A stretch of 60,355 nt of DNA, filler included, from Sphacelaria rigidula (lineage: Eukaryota), in assembly GCA_964200075.2 (NCBI GenBank). It is 10 parts of 10 records of this genome, joined end to end, with 100 filler letters (N's around TTAATTAATTAA, not from the genome) between each part and the next. Parts side by side here need not be neighbours in the genome. Positions count along the whole stretch, not along the records: positions 6,048 to 11,993 come from CAXNAA020023299.1; positions 12,094 to 18,039 come from CAXNAA020023300.1; positions 18,140 to 24,085 come from CAXNAA020023301.1; positions 24,186 to 30,131 come from CAXNAA020023302.1; 6 more parts are not named here. The stretch is one strand, 5' to 3'. The notes beneath the pieces were generated by a model, which worked only from the letters and a program-made list of their open reading frames with translations, did not search any database and was not told the origin of the DNA. The position numbers were made by a program, and so were the translations under genes. Below, piece by piece: positions 11,784 through 25,111 of this stretch (position 1 is its first letter; each line of letters opens with the position of its first letter).

Positions 11784-14218
11784 GCATGGTGTCGTTTTCG
11801 CATAACTAAACTTACATTACAACTGACCATAAACAGGGAGAGATATGGGATGATACCTTGAGAGTACAGAGTCGTCTAAAGGAAGGGGAGGAGTCGAAAC
11901 TGTGCCAAAAAAAAAAAAAAGGGGCCCCGGGGGGGGGGGGCATGTATCACAAAAAAAAAAAAAAAAAGGAAGAAGGCAGTGTAACGGCAGAGANNNNNNN
12001 NNNNNNNNNNNNNNNNNNNNNNNNNNNNNNNNNNNNNTTAATTAATTAANNNNNNNNNNNNNNNNNNNNNNNNNNNNNNNNNNNNNNNNNNNNAAGTCGC
12101 CCACACTGGCTCTTTTTTGCGGGGTGTCGATCCCGAACCACAAAAGCCTCATCATGGAAAACTTCAAACAAGAACCCGAACCACAAAAGCCTGTTCATGG
12201 CGGGGTATTTCTTTGCGTTCCCGTTGATTCGGGAGTACGAAGACAGCGGTTGTGTAGCGAATGTCACAAGAACATGAAAGCAAAGCAGTTAAAAACAATT
12301 GGGCATTGAACATTGCCTTCGCCTTAGCCAGCAGCAAAACCAAGACCGTGCGATGAGCTGTTGGCGAGTTGAACAAGGCACACACGTGGGCAAACACCCT
12401 CACTGTCGGTCAGCTGTGCTCGACAAGCGTAGGGGAGTGACCAAATCCCTGTGATCATGCAACCCGTGACAGAGTTCCCTCAAAGGATGCACCAGTGTGA
12501 AGTACCGGCGCAAAAATGTCCTTGTGACAAGGATCTATCCCTGCACAAGTACTTCACCGAGGGGGCGTGAAGAAATGTACGTAAACAATGGTTGGTGCTA
12601 TGGAGATGCCACCAACCCTAACGCTAACCCTAGCACTAACATCGACCAAGGCATACCGAGAACTCTCGGGCAAGGCGGGTGCAGTTTCGTAGCCAAAGCG
12701 TGCGTTACGAGAACTCGAATCGACGCCTTTCGAGAGCTCAAATCGACGGCTTTGAGCCGATTTTGGACCAAAACACGTTCTGGACGATCTGGTTCTACTG
12801 CTCACCGCTGCTCACCTGCCCCAAATCATGATTTTTCTCAGAACTTTCTTTACCCTGAAACCAAGCCAAATCGACCACCAATCGTTGTTTATGCACATTT
12901 CTTTAGGTCCACCAGTGTTGCACTACAGGCGAATGCATATATGCATGCGCAGATGCATCAACTTAGACATGTTGAGCGACTGGACGGCCGACCAAATTGG
13001 CACCAGCTGGCACCGGTCTGTACTGCGGTCCTTTCTGGATCATGAGCATCTGTAGTGCACCGATCGGAATACAGTCTGTTGAGCTGCGCACTTCATGACG
13101 CACGGCCCTAAGCGCGCTGCAGCCGCTGCGAGGCGCTGAAACATCGCTCATAGGCTGTGCAAACCACAGTCAACAATTCCAAGTCGCTATATCTGATGCT
13201 GTGCGCTGCAACAGTGCGCACTAGAGGGTAAAACGGTATAATTTTGTTCCGAAAAAGAGTTTTTCGCTTTTGGCGCAACACTGACTTCAGAGGATCATTT
13301 CTGTGCCGGTGCTTCGCAGGTTAATAACTGTGAGTTAGCCCGCTGCTTCGGTACGGGCCTCGCGGAGGGATAGTTCGGAACTGAAACGATTAAATCACTA
13401 ATTGACCGCTTTTCCTTCTCAACCGTATCCTCTACTCTCAATCTCACGAAAACATCGTTTTATGTGATTGGAGGCTCCCTCATCAGGTGTGCTTGTTTGT
13501 CCACGTCTGTTTATTTTTCGCGGAGGGCAATATATACTTGCTCGATCGAAGCGGACAAAGCGATAACTCGCACGCTTTTTCTCCCTTCATCTAACTCATG
13601 TGTATTATGTACATGTATCATTTCACATGTTCACCACTTTTGCCGAGTTTTCTCTGCCAGCAAGGCATTTTCCCCCACGCTTTCTTTTGCAGCGCATTGA
13701 AAAGGCATACTTGTACGAAGTATTCTTTATACTTTCGACTCAACCTCGTATATATACTTCTATATGTATTAGTATTGTACGGAGCATCATCAATCGAATG
13801 GCGCTGTTGTGGCTTTGTCTGCGGAAGCAATCGATGTCAGGTTCCGCTCTCACGATCGATTTTCTTGTTATTGTTCGTGGCTGTTGTGCTTACTACGCAG
13901 GTTTGCCACCTACGTGATTTTTCGACTACATTTCTGATCGCGATTCGTTAAGTCAGGCGTTCACACATGCGCGTTCCCCCCCCCTTTACACGAGTGTGTC
14001 CGACAAGACAGCATGGCGCGTTGGTCGATCTGCGCCAGTTTGTATGATGCGCGCTGCAATCTGCAGCCGATCATTCAAATTGAGTATAGAGCTCTTCATT
14101 GAGGATGAGAATTCGGAGGATTGAAATCTTCGCATCCACACCGAATGTTCGAAATATAATTCCATTGCTTTACCCATTGGTGGCTATTGATGAGTACTAC
14201 ACATGATTCAATCCAATA

Positions 14219-14330
14219 ACCGAAATGTTGAGGTCCTAAGAAAAAACGATTTCCTAGAATTCCGGCGATCCGATCGGATCACCTGAATTCCCCAAAACTG
14301 ATTTGTCATCTAGAACCCCAACATTTCGGT
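14219..14330. repeat. Small foldback/palindromic element (~112 bp)
   Basis: ACCGAAATGTTG...CAACATTTCGGT outer arms, an inner GAATTC pair and a central perfect palindrome GATCCGATCGGATC (14267-14280). Confidence 0.7.
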
Positions 14331-14475
14331 GATCAAAATCCAAATTTGTAGGGCAGGTAGCATCTGTCAATTGCTACCAGTAGGTGAAGGAATGAAACGA
14401 TATTTTGAAGATTTCACAAGTAGTACAACTCAACTCATGTTAACACGCATTAATTCCTTTTCGCATAACTCATCA

Positions 14476-14982
14476 GTGAGGTATAGCAGCATCACTCAGC
14501 AGTGCCTATTCTGACCGGGTGATTTATACGGCATAACAGCGGCGCCCATTCTGACCGGGTGAGCTATAAAGTACAACTCAGCGGTGCCAATTTCGGCCGG
14601 GTGAGCAATAAACTTTAACTCAGCGATGCACATTCTGGCTGGATGAAGTATGAACTATAACTTAGCGATGTATATCTCGGTCAGGTGAGTTTTAAACTAT
14701 AACTCAGCGGTGCACACCCTTGCCGGGTGAGTTATAAACCATAACTCATCGATGCATACCTTGGTCAGTTGAGTTAGACACTATAACTCAGCGTTGCATA
14801 TCCTGGCTGGGTGGGTTATAAACTATCACTCATCGATGCATAATTTGGTCAAGTGAGTTATACAGTACAACTCAGCGGTTCACATTGTGGCCACTTGAGT
14901 AATAGAACATAACTCATCGATGCATGTCTTGGCCAGGTGAGGTAGAAACTATCACTCAGCGGTGCACATCCTAGCCGGGTGA
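14476..14982. repeat. Tandem array of 12 x ~42-bp units, each with an internal inverted repeat
   Basis: Units start at 14476, 14519, 14559, 14601, 14643, 14685, 14727, 14769, 14811, 14853, 14895 and 14937 (partial unit at 14979). Consensus GTGAGTTATAAACTATAACTCAGCGGTGCACATCCTGGCCGG. Confidence 0.95.
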
Positions 14983-15466
14983 ATTGCAGAAATGGATTCA
15001 AAGAATAAAAAAAGTGACCTGGAGCTCACTCATGTGTTATGTAGCCCAGAATGGTGCCAAGCCGTTGCGTTTAACATGTAGGATGCTAGATGGTGGTTAT
15101 ATGACAGGGTACACTGTGGATGATGAGCCTCGCCGTGTAGCCTTTGATGTGGAGCCAGTGGGCTGCTGTTGTTTACTTCGTGAATGGATGCTCTAAAAGA
15201 AGTTCTTATCGAGCGTGAGGCTAGTGGATTCTGGAGAAGTCTCTCACTGAATAGCACTCTTGTCCAGATCGCCTGGCAGAGGCTATAATATCTAGATATT
15301 TCTCGGCGCTCTGTTTGGAGGAGTTCAGGCTGAGGTACGAGACGGGTAGCCGGTACGGTTTGAGCTCAAGGAGATAGTGCTGGAGGCACTTGATGTAGAC
15401 GAGAGGAGCAGCTTGCAGCAAGACCAGCGTTCGGATAAAGCTCCGCTGGCGACGCTCAAGTCAGGC

Positions 15467-16111
15467 ATGGCTCAAGCGACAGCAACACCACTGGTATTGG
15501 GTGAGACGTTACATCCGCCGCAATATGGTAAAGAGTGGAACGAAGCAGCTAGTCGCAAGTTTTTCGGGGCCTATCTCGATTACGAGCAGCGGCTGCGAAT
15601 CGCTAATGAAGAAGGAAGGGTGAGACACGCGCAAGTGCTAGTTGGGCAGTTGATTCCTGCATATATTCGTCAATGTTTCGAAATAATGTACACAGACGGA
15701 CGAACAATGACCGCCGCGGAGCTAGTAGATGCTGTGAAGCAGCATGCTGGGTATACCACCACCGGTGGCCGAGAGGATAAAACTCGGGCTGGGGCTGATA
15801 TCAAGCGCATTCTCAGGATGGCTCAAGACGGACCATTGTCTGTACGGGATAGGGCAATGACAGTCACTTCAAATTTGGAACAGTATTTTCAAAACAAATT
15901 GTCGGTCGAAGCCATGTACAGGGCACAAGACAGAAGCTGGCTTCCAGGTCCGGCAGAGTCAGTGGCAGAGTCACTTTCCATTGCCATGGTGGACGGCATT
16001 GCGCCTCCGGCGTTTAAGGCTCATGTCAAGACTCTCTTGATGTACGAGGAGGGTTGGAAACGAAAACCAACTTTAGTGATAAAGACGATATTTGAGGCTG
16101 CTGACAAGTGA
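15467..16111 (+). pseudogene. gag-like ORF of the gypsy element, prematurely stopped before the zinc knuckle
   Basis: Long helical ORF directly upstream of the knuckle, protease and RT. Confidence 0.65.
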
Positions 16112-16954
16112 AAACTTGTAGAATCTGTAGAACGCCGTGATGGTGGGGTAAAAACGGGTGGACCTCGCCGCAAACAAAAACAGCAGCAGCAGTCGTCCGC
16201 GCGAGGGACATCTACTCGCGCATGCTCTAACTGTGGCGATCATGGACATCTTTTACAGGATTATCCCAAGCCTCGCGCCAAGGGCGCTAATCAAAATAGT
16301 CCGCAAGATCAGTCAGGATCCAGCGGCGGTCATCATGGAGGAAGAGGTAGAGGTTATGGTGGACGCGGGCGCGGTGGCCGCGGCAGCAATCGAGAGGCGA
16401 CGGATGGCAAATCCTCCACTACAATATCTTCGGCTGCATCTTCAGAACCTGCCTCAGGCTCTCCTGGTCCGCCCATGCCGGGGCGGGCAGTTTATGTAGG
16501 AGGGAGTAGTACTTCGCTGGGTGGTGCTGGAGCGGACAGCTCACAAACCACTGGCCAGGCTGGATCCGTGTCTGGTATCGCTCCCGCTACTGCGACGGCG
16601 GCAACGGCGCCTTCTACATATACGGAACCTTGGTCGGGGTGGAACGCCGATGCGGTGTCGACGATGCCACTTTCTGGACCGCAACCTTGGCGACAGGTGA
16701 CTGTAGCCAACAATCAAGGTTTCCCCCGACAGGTGTAGTGCCTGTCGATCGAACTGCACAATGCCTCCGCGCTGACCTTTCTTTGCCAGGTACGGTAGGA
16801 TCATTGATGGCACGAGTTATTCTGGGCTCTGGGTCCGCGCTTACGTCTATCAGCGTGGGCTTACTGGCCCAGTTGTCTTCGCTCTGCGGCAACGCTCAAT
16901 TACAGTTGCCGTTCCAGAACGGTCCCCACCGCTCACACCGCTACGGGAGAGCCC

Positions 16955-18039
16955 GTGACGGTAACACACAAGACGGTACCAATCTCCGTAAGTGTACGCA
17001 CTCCGTGGGGGGCTGCGCAGATGCCACCCACCACCTTCGCTGTTATGCCCGGTAGAGATGATGTCATTCTCTTCGGCATGGCAACGGTAAAGCAAATTGG
17101 CATTGATTTGTATCCTCTGACGTTGGAGAAGTTACGCCCCCATGCCGTGCCGGTTCAGATGGACGTTGAAAACTCCAGTTATCTAGCGGCTAGGCGGGTG
17201 ACCATCTCTGTCGATGCGTTTCAAACTGAGTGTGTGAAGGAAACTCCTGCGGATGAGGCAGTGGAGCGATTGGTGGACCGGGGCCCAGACATGTTTCTGG
17301 ACCCTGCAGAAGAGGAGGAGGGGAGAGATCGCGCGCTGGCAGATAGCGTGCGACAGGCCGAACAGCAGGGCCTGAGCGCCGAGGGCGCTTATCGTCTGCG
17401 CGATATTTTGTCTCGTCGAGTAGACACATTTCGACGTGCGCTGTGCGGTGATCAGCCAGCGCGCGTAGAACAGATGCGCGTGCAACTCAAGCCGCAGGCG
17501 AAGGCTGTAAAGGCCAAGCGAAGGCGATACGATCCGGTGAAAACCGGGTGGCTGGCTGCATGCATCGCAGCTTTGGTGGCGTTGGGTCTAGTGGTAAGGA
17601 ACATCCAGGCTGTGTGGGCAAGTCCGGCGATGGCGGTGCCGAAAAGGGATACATTCCGTCTGGTCAGCGACTATCAGGCGGTGAACGCGCAAGTGGAACA
17701 GTCTCCGGGGGTGATGCCAAGCCAAGAAGACATGCGGGAGTTGCTGGGAGCCCAATGCTTCGGCAAGTTGGACCTGCTCCAGGGGTATTGGCAGATGCCT
17801 CTGGCGCCGGAGGCTCAGGAAATCTTCACGATCGTCACACCGGAAGGTTTGTTCACGCCTACTCGTGTCCCGCAGGGCGTGTTGAACGCCACGGCGTATT
17901 TTCAAGGTGTGATGACTGACATTTTGCAAGGACTAGATTGTAAAGTGTGGGTGGATGATGTCTTCTACTTTGCTGAAACCGAAGAAGCCCTGTTAGCTTT
18001 GCTTGACGAAATTCTTGGCCGCTTGGAGAGTGTTGGTCT
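16955..18039 (+). CDS. pol: Gypsy pol fragment: protease C-terminus and reverse transcriptase
   Basis: Motifs WASPAMAVPK, FRLVSDYQAVN, GKLDLLQGYWQMPL, PTRVPQGVLNA and WVDD. Confidence 0.92.
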
Positions 18040-18549
18040 NNNNNNNNNNNNNNNNNNNNNNNNNNNNNNNNNNNNNNNNNNNNTTAATTAATTAANNNNN
18101 NNNNNNNNNNNNNNNNNNNNNNNNNNNNNNNNNNNNNNNTTGGTGGCTTGTTTTTACAGCGCCGTTGCCACTGGACGCCAACCCAAGAGTCTAGAGGTGA
18201 GGGGGATCCATGGGGGGATGTACTCAGATCCATGGGGGGTGGGGGGGGGGGGTGGGGGGGGAATGCTGGGCATCAACTGCATGCTGGCACGTGTGTCACC
18301 CAAGAGCGGTTGCATTGATTCCGTCTGGTGCCACTGTGCCGACGTGAATTGCCGTAGCCATCACCTGCGGTCTCCTGTACGCAACCTCCGGTTCTACCAA
18401 TCGTGAAGTGCCTTGGTGGAGTCAAACGTATCGCGATATTGCCATCTGTGAATGGCCAAGTGTGGAGAGTTCTGCTACTGCTTACATACGAGGCCTCGTC
18501 CCGACTGTTGTCTTCCACGTTGGACCTCGCCCAAGCTACCCCCACTTCA

Positions 18550-19265
18550 GAGTTGGTACCTAAAAATTTGACACGTGAATTGCAATGAACTTGCCGACCC
18601 ATTCATCGTCACCCTGGTCTTTTCGTCATCATTTTTCCTTTTCTTTGTTCCGAGGAATAATCCACTCAATGTCTCCCACTGATGCAATTCGCACGTGAGT
18701 CCACGGGAAAAAAGAAAAGAAAAAGCGAGAGGGTAAGGCTACTTCTCATGTATAAAAAAATGAATCTTGTTGAAAAGTGCATTTTTGGTCCTTCCCCGTC
18801 GTTTTCCCCCCGAAAAGAGGGCTAGGCGGATGGTGACACCTTGGAATGACTTGCTCTACTCGCTGAGACGGTTCCAAAGCATCTTTGCGTTTCCCGTAGG
18901 TCACAGTTTCGTTCTTGGCCAAAATTGCATTTTCAATGACAAACGGTCAAGTATATAAAAAAAGGGGGACACCTGACATTTTTTCAGTAACTTGACTGTT
19001 CCTTATTGAAAATGCAAGTTTGACCCATAACGAAACCGTGACCTACGGGAAACGCAAAGGTGCTCTGAAACGGCCTCAGCGAGTAGAGAAAGTCATTCCG
19101 AGGTGTCAACATCCGCCTAGCCCTCTTTTCGGGGGGAAAAAGACGCGGAAGGGCCAAAAATGCGCTTTTCAACAAGATTCATTTTTGATACATAAGAGTT
19201 GCCTGACGATAGACGCGTTGGCTAAATTCTTGCAAATCGCGTGTCAAAACTTCAGGTCCCAGCTC
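18550..19265. repeat. Long imperfect inverted repeat (foldback element) centred near 18970
   Basis: Arms ~18735-18953 and ~18988-19204 are reverse complements (ORFs 18767..18958+ and 18984..19175- give near-identical peptides). Outer arms GAGTTGGTACCTAAAAATTTGACACGTGAATTGCAA and TTGCAAATCGCGTGTCAAAACTTCAGGTCCCAGCTC also pair. Confidence 0.9.
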
Positions 19266-22200
19266 GCGAAATTGAGTTCTGTATTGCGATATTTGCAGAT
19301 TTTTGCACCCAGATCACTCTGCATACTGACTTACATATACAATATGAGCTTCCGCTGTAAATCTTGGACAACAACGAATCACGAAATGAGGCCTCCACCG
19401 CTCTTATCGTCTCGAGAGCTGCACGCTCACGAGGTTTTGTACATCTTTCAAGACAGTTTTTGTCTGGGAAATTTCACACGTGGGACAACTCAGTTCACCT
19501 GAGCTCGAGTCAACTAATTTATATGTAAATCAGCGGTATATATTTCAATTGAAAAAGTTATACGCTACATGATGTGACCCATGTGTTCTCCGATGTTTGG
19601 AAGCTTTCATGAGAGTAGAAAATAACAGACAGGAAAAAGTGAAAACGCGGAGACGCGAGTTTCCCTACACCAACGTGGCGGATTCCTAAGCTGCATGTAT
19701 TTACGTGACCGCCTCCACAACCCGGCAACAAACGGTATGGGTATGGTCTGCTTGCCTTTACTCCGTACTGTTCGAAAGATACGGCCAACTGATACAGTGT
19801 TAGCGCGTTCGCTGACCCACGTTGTACATTAATTCCACCTTTTCACACAGGCGCACAAACATCTGATTCGCCCACCCATTGCGGACGTGAAGACGCGATG
19901 ATTCCTTGCACGATGTACCGTCGTACGACTCCAAGTCCCACCAAAGATAGAGCACCTTTGCATGCCACGGGACATCTACTGTAACTCCATACTCACAATA
20001 CCATAACCATCCAGGAGCTCAAATCAATTGATTGATTCGATCAATGGTCGCACATTAATTGATCTACCAAATTGTGATGTATTTAGCCATGGTCAAGATA
20101 GACGCACTCAAGGTAAACGAAACGAGAACACTCGCCACACATGAACGGAAACTTGACAAAGGGGACAAGACTAAAAAACACACAAAAAGCAGAGAAAAGC
20201 TGAGCGAAAAACAGAGACGACTATATCTAGAGAATAGACAGAGATAGAGAGAGAGAGCAAGGGGAAGGACAGAAAGGAAATGAGAGTTGAGAAGATGAAT
20301 AGCCGATTCCGATGAGAATAATCGAAATGATGGCAGTGCCATTCGCAAACAACATGCACCGGAAACAGGATAACATCGGGGAAAGGGTCGAAGGATTGAA
20401 CACTGAGCTCCGGGAAATGGGGGCGAGACACAAGTGAACGGTCTACTTCTTACATGTGGATATTTCAAGCATCCACAAGTAACCCAGCACCCGGTTCACC
20501 CACCCCCACGATGCTGCATACACCCGACGATAATCTAATTGATGGGTGACAGATGATGGAGTTAAAGTCAGTTGTGACTTCAAGGATAGATTTTCCCACC
20601 AAGACTACGAAGTGGAACACACGCGCAAGTGTCCCCTACCATCATGCACAACAGGTGAAAGTACCCAACCATACACACATACACACATAGGCCTGCCAAT
20701 CGACACTCACCATGCACCCTCTGCCCATACGGCACACCAACACTGTACAGTATCCCAAACACAAGAGGGCGTCATCCATGTATCAGCAAACGGCGGTGTA
20801 TGCTCAGGGAACAGAAGATGTCACACTGACAACTACGGAGGAAGAAACAAGACGGGGGAAAGGCAGACGTCCCGCGAGAATTATCCCAAGGGCTTTTCAT
20901 CGCCGCCCGCGCATTCAGTCCAATTTGCATTTCAAGCTATTGGTCTCGATTTTGAGCTACGTAGCATACGGGGGTACTCTTGTGGTGGGCGAAGAGTGAT
21001 TGATCCCACCATGACCGAATTTTCTCACCAACGTTCGCTGGTCTCCGGAACACATAAATATGTGAGGTATGTTTCGTTCTACAGTGATGGGCGCGCCTGA
21101 CCCCCCAAAATGAGCCAAAAAAGTTTCACCGACCAAAAGCACGAACAGACCGACTTTTGCGGCTTATCCTGCCTCTTGGGGCAAAATGCGCGTTACGTCA
21201 TCGGAAGAGAAGGACATAAATCCAAAATCCACATCGAGAAAATGCAGAATGCATTCTGAACTCAGAACCCCAACATCGCCATATGTGGCATTACAACGTA
21301 CCCAAACTGCCGACGAAAAAACGACGCAGTGGCATGGCGTGTACACAAACCAAAACGGTAACTATGGTTAGAGCAAAAACGAATGGGCCATGAAAACAAA
21401 GCCAACTGCGAGGGTAGTCCATTTGGATCATGCACTCTATTTGCAAGATAAATTGATGCCGATTCGGCAGGGTACTTGCTCTTGCCGTCCAAGGGTTAAC
21501 CCGTGTTGCGTTGTAGCCGACGTGTCTACTTGCGAGCACTCCCAGATACGCACGTAGAACGCGAAATACTATACATGAGTGTTGGCGAATCATGTCGGGC
21601 GAAATCGCTAACATGACGCAGTCGCTTCCAAGGGGTCCGCAAAACCAGGACGGTGCACCGGCAGGAGGAGGAGGGGCACGTCCCCGTGACCCGGACGAAC
21701 CCGGATATTCCCATATATCTGTAGTACGGGTGGGTTCCCATACTTGACACCAAGTAAGATTAAATACCAACGTGCGCTATAGATAAATATGTGACTGCAC
21801 TCGGTGCAGGAGAACGAGCGCTACTCTTTCCACCGACACGAGTGATGCACAGACAGGGATTTGTGTCTCGCAGACATAGCTTATGGGGGGTCAGTCGAAG
21901 GTTCAACTTGTACACCTCTCCAACATTCCAGACATGCGATGTATCAACCATCTGAACTATGTTGCCACTGTCGTCCGTACCACTATCAAGAGTCATTCAT
22001 GGGTTTAATCTTTTCTGAGGCCGTTGTACAGGGATAACGTTTTCGCATGTCGTGAAAACCGGCGAGGGTTGAAGGCGCTGGTTTGCGCTCATAGCCCAAA
22101 CGGTTGCCCCCATTACTCATCGCCGATGCCATCAATTGGGGTCCTATTTTTTGCATCATCTGCGCCAAGACAACAGCTACAAATCCCGTGGTTGATTCTT

Positions 22201-25111
22201 TTCATCTCATCGGGATCCGAGTTTTATGACAAATTAAGTGGGAAAAACATGTTTTTTTTTTTGCGATTTTCTCGATCATCGTGACTTCTTTCGTTCCACA
22301 ATGTTTCCAGATTGTAGCTTGGACAAATACACGCCGGTGAGTAGCCGAGACACGCCGTGATCCGTAGCCCGTGACAACGAAAATGGGAAATCGTCGAGTG
22401 GAAACCCCACTCAGATCACAAGTACTCTGGGGGATTTTACGGCGTGCATAGTCAGGGGATGAACGAGATCTCCGGTCTGTTCGTGCTTTTGGTCGGTGAC
22501 ACTTTTTGGCTCATTGTGGGGGGTGAGGCGCGCCCATAACAGTGCAGCGTCATGCGTGGTATCAAGTACTGTACGATATCTAGATGCTATCATTCCACTT
22601 TACTGGCATAAATGGATAACTGACCGGTTTCACTCCCAGTTGAACCGGATATTTTACTGCGATACATGTGTCATACTCCAGAGTGTTTTTGTCCGCAATG
22701 ATCACGCTCCAAGCATCTTGGCAGTTTCTGATACAAGTCGGTGGCGCCCCCAAAGATATGAATCAATTCATGTGAGACCGGCCAATCATAAACTGTTCCG
22801 ACTATTCATTTTCATGCAAGACCATGTGAGGCATGCATTAATATACCCTCGACAGTCATTAACCACCCAGCAGCACCTTCTTTGTTACCACTTTGTGTCA
22901 TTTCCCACGCGGTGCATTGGGGCGTGCATGCAGGGCTAGCGCGCTGCGCCCACAGTGAAAGGGGGCATGGGCTTTGCCCCAGGCAGTCTGCACCGATCAC
23001 ATATTTGCATCGTTGTTGGCGCGGTACTGTTTGCTGTTGTGCAACATCCTCGGCCGCAGGAAGATACAAGTAGCTGCATGCAACAGAAGCGCCACGGACA
23101 GCCTTCTGTAGGAAGTACTAAGCGAGCGTTTCTCTACTACGACTACTGCACCTCCCTCCGGAGCACAGCAACGCTTCTCAACGGTACCCTTCTTGTTCAC
23201 TGTCCATCCACTCATGTACTATGAGTGCGATGCTTCGTTTGTGTTGTGCTGAAAGCATTTTCTGGCCGCCTGACGACCTGTTGTACTGTTGCCTCTATAC
23301 TTCGGGATACGAAAATAAAAAAATGGTCTATTCTCAAGGGGTGATACGCTTTCCGGGGCTGCTCTGGTCGATGGTATTGGCGATTTTCATCGACGCTCAT
23401 CAGGCGCCGCAGAAGCAAGTGGTCCTTAAAGTAGGGCTCCTCATTACACGCATTCCATGGTGTCAATATATTACGGTTGCTAACTCATACCATCTTGAAG
23501 TATCGTTGATGATGATCATGACACCTACGCGATCACACTCAACGGCGATTCTTAAACCCTCGCGTCTACCGACTACGGGTACCGCCAAACGGGTGTATAT
23601 CGCCTTTTGTACCCGGAATCGACCCTCGTCGAATGAACAACAGATGCCTATAGCTGAGAGCTTTCCTCAAAACCCAACCGCTGCATGTATCTTGTCGTGG
23701 CTGTCGACTTGTGGCATTTATATCTACTTTGCATCATATGTGCTCTCGAGAATGCTGGATCAAGACACTCACCCGAAATGACCTGTACACGACTACCGTG
23801 GTGGCAAGCTCGGTCCCTTTCTACTTCCTGCACAACGGTGATCGCACGAGTAACCACTCGGCTTGAATGTAGGGATCAGCCAAGTACTTGACTCCAATAT
23901 ATCCCAACACCAAAAACTTGGATTCAGTTTGGATCATCTAAATACACCATACAAGCTTATGCTTCGCAATGTATACTGTGAATCGCTAGGTTCGGCCAAT
24001 CGTCACACTCGTACGAGCTGGGCCAGCCAAGAGTAGGCGCGAACCTCGCTGAGGCGACGCACGGCGAGATATTAGGAGTTGGACGNNNNNNNNNNNNNNN
24101 NNNNNNNNNNNNNNNNNNNNNNNNNNNNNTTAATTAATTAANNNNNNNNNNNNNNNNNNNNNNNNNNNNNNNNNNNNNNNNNNNNATCCGAAAAATGGAC
24201 CCAATCCCGGGGAGCGGTTGATTCTCATTTCAAACTACGTTCTCATTTTTCTGGCAACCCTGTTTCTTGTGCCGGCTGCTGTCGGAGCCGGTTCTACGGT
24301 CTTGACCGTTCCTGTCTTGTTCGGCGGAAACACTGCGGCTGATAATGTGCCCATCCCAATACATTCTCCGGATAATACTTTAGTCGTGAGTGCTGACTCG
24401 ATCCTTTTGTTCAAGGTTTCGAATCTTGAGCAACCTGCATGCCAATGTAGTGTAACGCTCCACCGCAGTTGCTAATGGGAATTTTAAAATCTCCGAGATC
24501 TACGTAGGAATCACCCGAAAAGACGGTTGACGCTCTTTTTGTTACTGCCTCTACAGGAGAGAGCAGATGTTTCCCCAGACCTGGAACAGTCACAGCAGGA
24601 AGTTGAACAGAGCGCTTGATTCCTTCAGAATCAGTAACCATGGTGTTAATAACACCTCTTCCCGTACCCTGTAGGAGATAACGTCCGGCAGTAAGAATGC
24701 TCATGGGTGGATCGAGCTTGACGTAATCAACCATCTCACGTTCGATATTCGGCAATAGCTGATTATCCAAAAAATGTCCGCTGGAGTCACTGTCAACTGC
24801 CATCTTGAAGAAAATTTCGTCGGGTGTACAATGATTGGCGGTGACATGCGAACCTGAAAGAAAGGAAAACCCGATACCGTTAGATGGTTGACATGAGTCA
24901 AGCACAGTTTCGGCCGAAGGTGTCGAAATATGTTGGCCTTGGTCATTCGATGGAACTGTCGCGAAAGCTGGATCTGCGATGGCAGTGTTGGCTTGGCGTT
25001 AATGTTCATCGAAGTTGTTGTTGTTGCTGTTTTTGTTGTTGCTGTTGTTGTTGTTATTGTTGCTGCTGCTGCTGCTGCTGCTGTTGTTGTTGTTGTTGTT
25101 GTTGTTGTCGT

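Larger units (their letters stand above)
15467..18039 (+). mobile_element. Ty3/gypsy LTR retrotransposon (gag-protease-RT), disrupted, truncated by contig end
   Basis: Gag-like ORF from ATG 15467; decayed zinc knuckle CSNCGDHGHLLQDY near 16222; RGG-rich stretch; protease-like VILGSGSALTSIS; then RT. The protease-to-RT order is gypsy-type. Confidence 0.9.

Noticed and set aside
14476..14982. CRISPR array interpretation of the 42-bp repeats
   Set aside because: The segments between hairpins are homologous to each other rather than unique spacers, there are no cas genes, and the context is eukaryotic.
18767..19175. Pair of near-identical convergent 63-aa ORFs
   Set aside because: By-product of the inverted repeat; TTG starts and no recognisable protein.
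21526..22168. Short minus-strand ORFs in contig 4
   Set aside because: No motif recognised and no consistent exon chain.
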